Source: Cyanophora paradoxa CCMP329
Taxonomy: Eukaryota; Plantae; Glaucophyta
DNA: 64,000 nt
Reading direction: 5' to 3'
Assembly: GCA_004431415.1 (NCBI GenBank)
Contig: QPMI01000632.1
Location: forward strand, 124,001 to 188,000
In this document: positions 58,954-64,000 of the stretch, one piece after another
Numbering within the stretch: position 1 is the first letter of the stretch
How the letters are laid out: the number at the start of each line of letters is the position of its first letter
Made by a program: the position numbers and the translations under genes
The notes under the pieces: generated by a model
Seen by the model: only the letters and a program-made list of their open reading frames with translations
Database searches by the model: none
What the model was told of the DNA's origin: nothing

Positions 58954-59606
58954 CTAGTGGTGGCCATGCTTCTTCTTCTGCGCAGCGCAGCGGTATAAGC
59001 CTTCTGCAATCGGCGGTGCGCGGGCGGGCGGCGGGGCGGCTCGCCTGGATGAACCGCAGGCCGCAGTACTTGCACTCTGCCCGGCGAGCGGCGTCAGCGG
59101 CGGCAGGCTGACCACGGGTTGCGCCATTCCGCGCACCGTTGGGCGTCGGCTTGTCGAGCACGATGTACTCGATCGGGTGGCCGAGCGGGCCGCCACCTAC
59201 GCGCCCCAGCGAAAGCGTGAGTGATACGGCGCGCAGGGCCGCGGCGACCGCGGATGGCCGCGGCGGAGGGGCCCAGGTCCACGAGACGGACGCACCGCCG
59301 TCGCAGGCAGCAACGCGGCCGTTGATTTCAATGGGCGGGACCTCAGCGATCAGTTCCATCGGCGACTTGGTGTTGCCGTCGGGCTGCCGGCGTTCGGGCG
59401 CCGAATCAGCACCACAAACAGCTCAAGACGGTGCAAAGTGGGTCTCGGCGCACGTTGAACAGCCACTTAGCCGTGTGGCCGCTGGGGGCGGCAGCAGAGG
59501 CCGACCGCGTGATGACGGCCGCGGCAGGGGTCCGCATGGGAGCCCGCGCCACCATGCTCCTCGACACGGCGCTGGAGACGCGCCGGAGCGCGGCGGCTGT
59601 GTTCAT
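58954..59606 (-). CDS. NDUFS6: Complex I 13-kDa Zn-finger subunit (plant type) with mitochondrial presequence; multi-exon
   Basis: GHTAKW...KSPMELIAEVPPIEINGRVAACDG|GGPLGHPIEYIVLD..|AECKYCGLRFIQ|KKKHGHH*. Confidence 0.93.
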
Positions 59607-59837
59607 CGCGCACGAACTGCGCGGGCCGGGGACCAATGTTAGGGCTCAGCCCGCAACAGGCGACTGCAGAGAGCGTGCCGGGCAGCACAAAAGTGCTCGG
59701 GAGGACGAATTCGCGGACCTGCTCGAATGGGGTACACGAGCGATTGGGGGGTAGGCACAACACGAATCGTGCGTCGAGCGCCTCGAAGCCTTGTCTCCAG
59801 CTAACCCTGGGCCCATTCAACCCGGTTCCCCGCGCAG

Positions 59838-61070
59838 ATGAGCACTCAGGTCAGCAAGAAGCGGAAGGTGCGCTGATTCCCAGCCCAGTCGCCACTCGAT
59901 CGTGAACGCCTGTCGTCTGGGGCCTCCGCTGATCTCGTCCTTTCTTTCCTTCGTTTGTGCGCATGGTAGTTCGTCGCGGACGGCGTTTTCTTCGCCGAGC
60001 TCAATGAGCTCCTCACCCGGGAGCTGGCCGAGGATGGCTACTCCGGGGTGGAGGTCCGCGTGACTCCGGCGCGCACGGAGATCATCATCCGGGCTACCCG
60101 CACCCAGAGCGTGCTCGGCGAGAAGGGCCGCCGCATCCGCGAGCTCACCGCCGTCGTGCAAAAGCGCTTCAAGTTCCCGGAGAACAGCGTCGAGCTCTAC
60201 GCTGAGCGCGTGCGTTATTACTCTATTCTGAATGCCCAGCATGCGTTTCGGCGCGATTCCCACGGCTGCTGCTTCGCTGCCGACGCTGGGGTTGTTTCGT
60301 GCAGGTCGCCAACCGCGGTCTCTGCGCCATTGCCCAGGCCGAGTCCCTCCGCTACAAGCTCCTCGGTGGTCTCCCCGTCCGCCGGTTCGTCAGATCTGGG
60401 GGCGCGCCCGCGCGTTAGGCGTGAAGATCCATCGCGGGGCTCGCTTCATATGGGGCTCGTCGCTTCCGCCCGGGCCCTCGCGCTGACTTCCGCGCGCACA
60501 GCGCGTGCTACGGTGTCCTCCGCTTCATCATGGAGTCCGGCGCCAAGGGTTGCGAGGTTATCGTGTCCGGCAAGCTCCGCGCCCAGCGTGCGAAGAGCAT
60601 GAAGTTCAAGGACGGCTACATGATCTCGTCCGGCCAGCCCTCGATTGATTTCGTGGACCGCGCCGTGCGCCACGTCATGATGCGTCAGGGTGAGCGCTGG
60701 TCCCTGGTTCCCGCCGGGCGGGCACGTTGCAGCGCCTTTTCCTCACGCCCGCGCGCCCGCCCCGCAGGTGTGCTCGGTGTCCAGGTCTCGATCATGCTTC
60801 CCCACGACCCGACCGGCAAGGTCCGGCCGGCCGCCGCGCCCTACCTCGGGCGACCGCCGCGCCCCGCGCTCCGCTCGCTCACGCCCGAGCAGGCGGGCCC
60901 CAAGAAGCACCAGCCGGACGTCGTCACCATCCTTGAGCCCAAGGATGAGCGCATCCCCGTCGCCGCGGCCGCCCCGCCCAAGGCCAAGGTCCGCCCTGCT
61001 CTCAACGCGGCCTGGCGTGGGGCTGGGAGCTGACGGCCTGCGCCCCTCGCAGGAGGGTCTCGAGGACTAA
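59838..61070 (+). CDS. RPS3: 40S ribosomal protein S3 (uS3); 7 coding exons
   Basis: [10 protein letters not shown]|[33 protein letters not shown]...[15 protein letters not shown]...|[23 protein letters not shown]..|[40 protein letters not shown]. Confidence 0.98.
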
Positions 61071-61533
61071 GCGGCTCCCCACCGCTTCAACCAGCGCCGG
61101 AGGATGCCCCACGAGACGTCCCGGCGTGTGCCGACTGCTGCCTGAAAGCGCGCCTGCTCAGTTTCGTGTGCCCCTGTTCCGCCCAGTGTGCTCTCCAATT
61201 CGTGTCAAGCGGAAGGGGTGATTCTGAACTCCGTGTGCGGCGCCGTCCCGTCCCGCGGGCTGGGGTGCTTTGGGGGCCTTCGTTCTCTCTCACCAGTTGA
61301 ATTTAGTTTCTACGCACGCCACTTTATACAATCGATATCGCAATCTGCGGGGCGCGCGCCGGCGGCGCCCCGCAAAGAAATGGAAAAGAAAGAGAGCTTA
61401 AGTTACGATAGTACCAATCTGCTGAAACTACGTTTCTGTCACTGAAAAAGAAGTGGCCCCGAGCGGGCGGGGCGGGGAGCTCGGAGTGCGACGAGGCGCC
61501 TTCCGAGCCTCAACTAGTGGAGGGCCCCGACGC

Positions 61534-64000
61534 TCAGTACCGGGAGATATCGCGCCCGAAAAGAATCGTCTTGCTCCAGTCGAAGGCCACCGAGAGCTTG
61601 TTCCGCAGCGACACCTGCGCCCTCGTCAGAGCCCGGCGAGGAGGCGCGGGGCTGGGTGGCCGGGGGGGGGGGGGGGGGGGCCAGGGGCCGAGGAGGGGGG
61701 TACACGCCTGCTTGGCGAGGTAGGCCGAGCGCCACGCGATCCACGTGAAGAAGCCTGCCGCCCGCTGAGAAAGGAAGGCGAGTGGGGGAGCTGCAGGGGG
61801 GCGCGGACCGGAGCCGCCGTAGCCGGAGCCGAGCTCGGCGACGGCCTCCTCGGAGCCGATGTACGCGAAGGAGCCGAAGTGGTGGTACCTGCCCCGCCGC
61901 CCCGCCGCCCCGGCCCCGTGAGCCCGGGCGCCCAAGCGGCTCCGGCCCTGTCTTCCCGAAGCCCAGAGGTAGGCGGGGCGGGGCGGGGCGGGGCCCCGGG
62001 CAGGGGCGGTGATTAGGATAGATTAAATAAACCCAGCTTGTAGGGCATATAATTGATATCTGGGCGCACACGAAGGGGGCGACGTCGGGCTCCTCGGCGC
62101 GAGCCAGCTTGATCACCCGCTCGCTGCCGCGGAGGCGATCAAGCAAGCGGAAGCGGAGAGGGGGGGCGGGGGGCGGACTTGAGGGCGCGGCCGAGGTAGA
62201 CGCCCTGCTGGTTGGCCACCTGCGCCGTCGGCGCGAACGACTTGAACTGCGCGCCCAGGCCGCCCGCCCGGAGGACGTCAGGAGTGGAGCTGGAGGCGCT
62301 CCGGCTCGGGCGCCGGCTGGACTGGAGCTCTAGACTCGAGGCCCCCTGCGCCAGAGAGACGAGGCAGGAGAACCGCAGGTGCAGGGGACTAGTGTGATTA
62401 GAGGCCTCCCGTCAGAGAGGAGGCAGGAGAACCACGGGCCCCTTGCCCCTCCCCCGCCCCGGGCCCGACCCGCGCCGGCCCCTCAGAAGAGGCGCACGAG
62501 GGAGTCGACGTCGCGGAGGATGGCCTCGAACTCGGGCAGCGTCAGCCGCCCTGCCCGCCCCGCCCCCTCAGAAGGGGGCGGGAGGAGGAGGAGGGAGGGG
62601 GGGGAAGGGGAGGGGGTACCCTTGGAGCCCTTGCGGGTCATGAACTGCCGCTCGACGGCCTCCGCGTACTCCGTGAAGTGCGGGTCTGGGCGGGCGAGAA
62701 GGTAAGACGGGGCGGGTGGGGAGCTCGGGTGGGCGGGCCGGGGCGCACAGCGCTGGCGCATGCTCTCGACGAGCTTGAAGAACTGCACGAGGGAGATGCT
62801 CCCCACCTGCCGCCCCGCATTCTCTGATCATGAGGGGCGCGGGGCGGGCCGTGCGGGGGGCGGGGCGGGGCGGGCCTTCTCGCGGTCGGCCTCCGTGAAG
62901 AGGCGCACGCAGTCGCGCTGCAGCTTCTTCTGCTCGATCGTCGCGCAGTCCCCTGCCCCCAGAGCTGTGAGGCGGCGAGGCCAGCGGGCGGGGGGGAGGG
63001 CGCACCGGCGGCGTAGACGTTGCGGGCGCCGATGACGCGCAGGTGCGCGTCCGTCGAGAGCGCCCGCCTGTTGTCTGCGCGCGCGCGCCCGGTCGGAGAG
63101 GGCGCGGGGGGCGGGGCTCGGCTCCCGCGCACTCTGGTGGGGAATGTCGTTGATGAGGGTCTGGATCAGCGGGTTCGGGCCTGCGCGGCTCCACTTAGAG
63201 TGGGAGGGAGAGGGGGAGGGGTACAAGCAGCCTCTTGCACCGATGCCCGTCGACCAGACGCAAAGGCCGAACGGGATCTGAGGGCCGCCGTCTCAGGGCG
63301 GTACCCCGGGGAGCGGGCCGGGGAGGGGGTAGGGGGTACGCGCCTTGACGACCTCGCCGGTCTCGGAGCGCTGAACCGTGATCGAGCCCTTCTCCACCTC
63401 GTTCTGGCGAGCGGCGGCGAGCGGCTCAGGAGAGGAGGGGGGGGGGGGGGGGGGGGTAGAGGACGCACGACGCGGGAGCGCGTCTGGACCTCGATGGCCT
63501 GCCGCTTGAACCGCTTCTCCGCGTCTGCCGGCGCGGCGCGGCGCGGTCAGACAGGGAGACGCCCGCTCGGAAGGGGGCGCGCACAGTCGGAGATCTGGCG
63601 GGAGAACATGGAGAGGACGTGGTCTGGTGGGGGTGACGAGATCAGAAGGGGGGGGTGGGGCGGGCGGGGAGGCGAGGAGGGGGGCGCACCGAGGGACTCG
63701 ATGAGAGTGATCTTGACGTAGGGGGTGAGGTGGGGGAAGAAGCGCGACGCGTCTGCGGGGTACACGTCCGGCCCGTCGGAGGGGGTACGGCGGGGGGGGG
63801 GAGGGTACGCCGCACCGTCGCGGATGAAGTCGTGGAGCTCGGCGGCGTACTCTACCCCCGTCGGCCTGCGAGGGGGTTGGGAAGTGGGGCTCGAAGCTTA
63901 AGGGGCGCGGAGGCGAGGGAGCGAGGGGCCGCACCCGCCCTGCGCACGAAGGCGAAGCGGGGCGGGTGGTGCTCAGCGGAGGAGATGGGGCGAGGAGCAA
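61534..64000 (-). CDS. Type II (alternative) NAD(P)H dehydrogenase, NDB-type with EF-hand insert; 5' part outside the window
   Basis: PTGVEYAAELHDF, HVLSMF, IPFGLCVWSTGI, NVYA|GDCATIE, EF-hand-like region LFTEADRE...GSISLVQF, PTAQVANQQGVYL, YHHFGSFAYIG, WRSAYLAKQ|VSLRNKLSVAFDWSKTILFGRDISRY*. Confidence 0.93.

Noticed and set aside
59801-59815. Plant-like telo-box and site II (CTAACCCTGGGCCCA) upstream of RPS3
   Set aside because: CTAAC is well placed to be the branch point of the 5'-UTR intron, and TGGGCC is common at this GC content.
59868-60770. Possible intronic snoRNA in RPS3 (U15 host in animals)
   Set aside because: The introns are short and no convincing C/D box pair or terminal stem was seen.

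Overview
Gene-dense, very GC-rich eukaryotic nuclear DNA with many short spliceosomal introns, so most six-frame ORFs are artefacts. The plant-type NDUFS6 and a PPR-like gene suggest an archaeplastid alga, possibly a glaucophyte such as Cyanophora; this is inference. Spliced genes I can reconstruct: two tandem Cys-rich proteins with acidic tails, a vWA + TRP-like multi-TM membrane protein, a mitochondrial PPR-like protein, two duplicated DUF1917/UPF0696 genes, a soluble-adenylyl-cyclase (ADCY10-like) STAND protein, a secreted (Ser-Pro)n protein, MND1, an EEP sphingomyelinase-like enzyme, an ARM protein with a Cbl-like N-terminus, FAM91A1, NDUFS6, RPS3, a partial NDB-type NADH dehydrogenase and several hypothetical genes. 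There are also MITE, non-LTR and CACTA-like relics. The most striking observation is a pervasive mutational signature. Independent duplicated segments differ repeatedly by 6-nt insertions that turn a trinucleotide X into X-X'-X (X' = reverse complement), and non-coding DNA is saturated with such 9-mers. This fits hairpin-mediated excision footprints of a 3-bp-TSD transposon (a CACTA-like end lies in the window) or a micro template-switch process. Also notable: abundant GC-AG introns, 12-14 nt microexons, a sense-strand CGTACCCC/poly-C intron signature, and a 45-nt inverted repeat able to cover a 3' splice site. Exon boundaries were read by eye, and outer coordinates of hypothetical genes are approximate.
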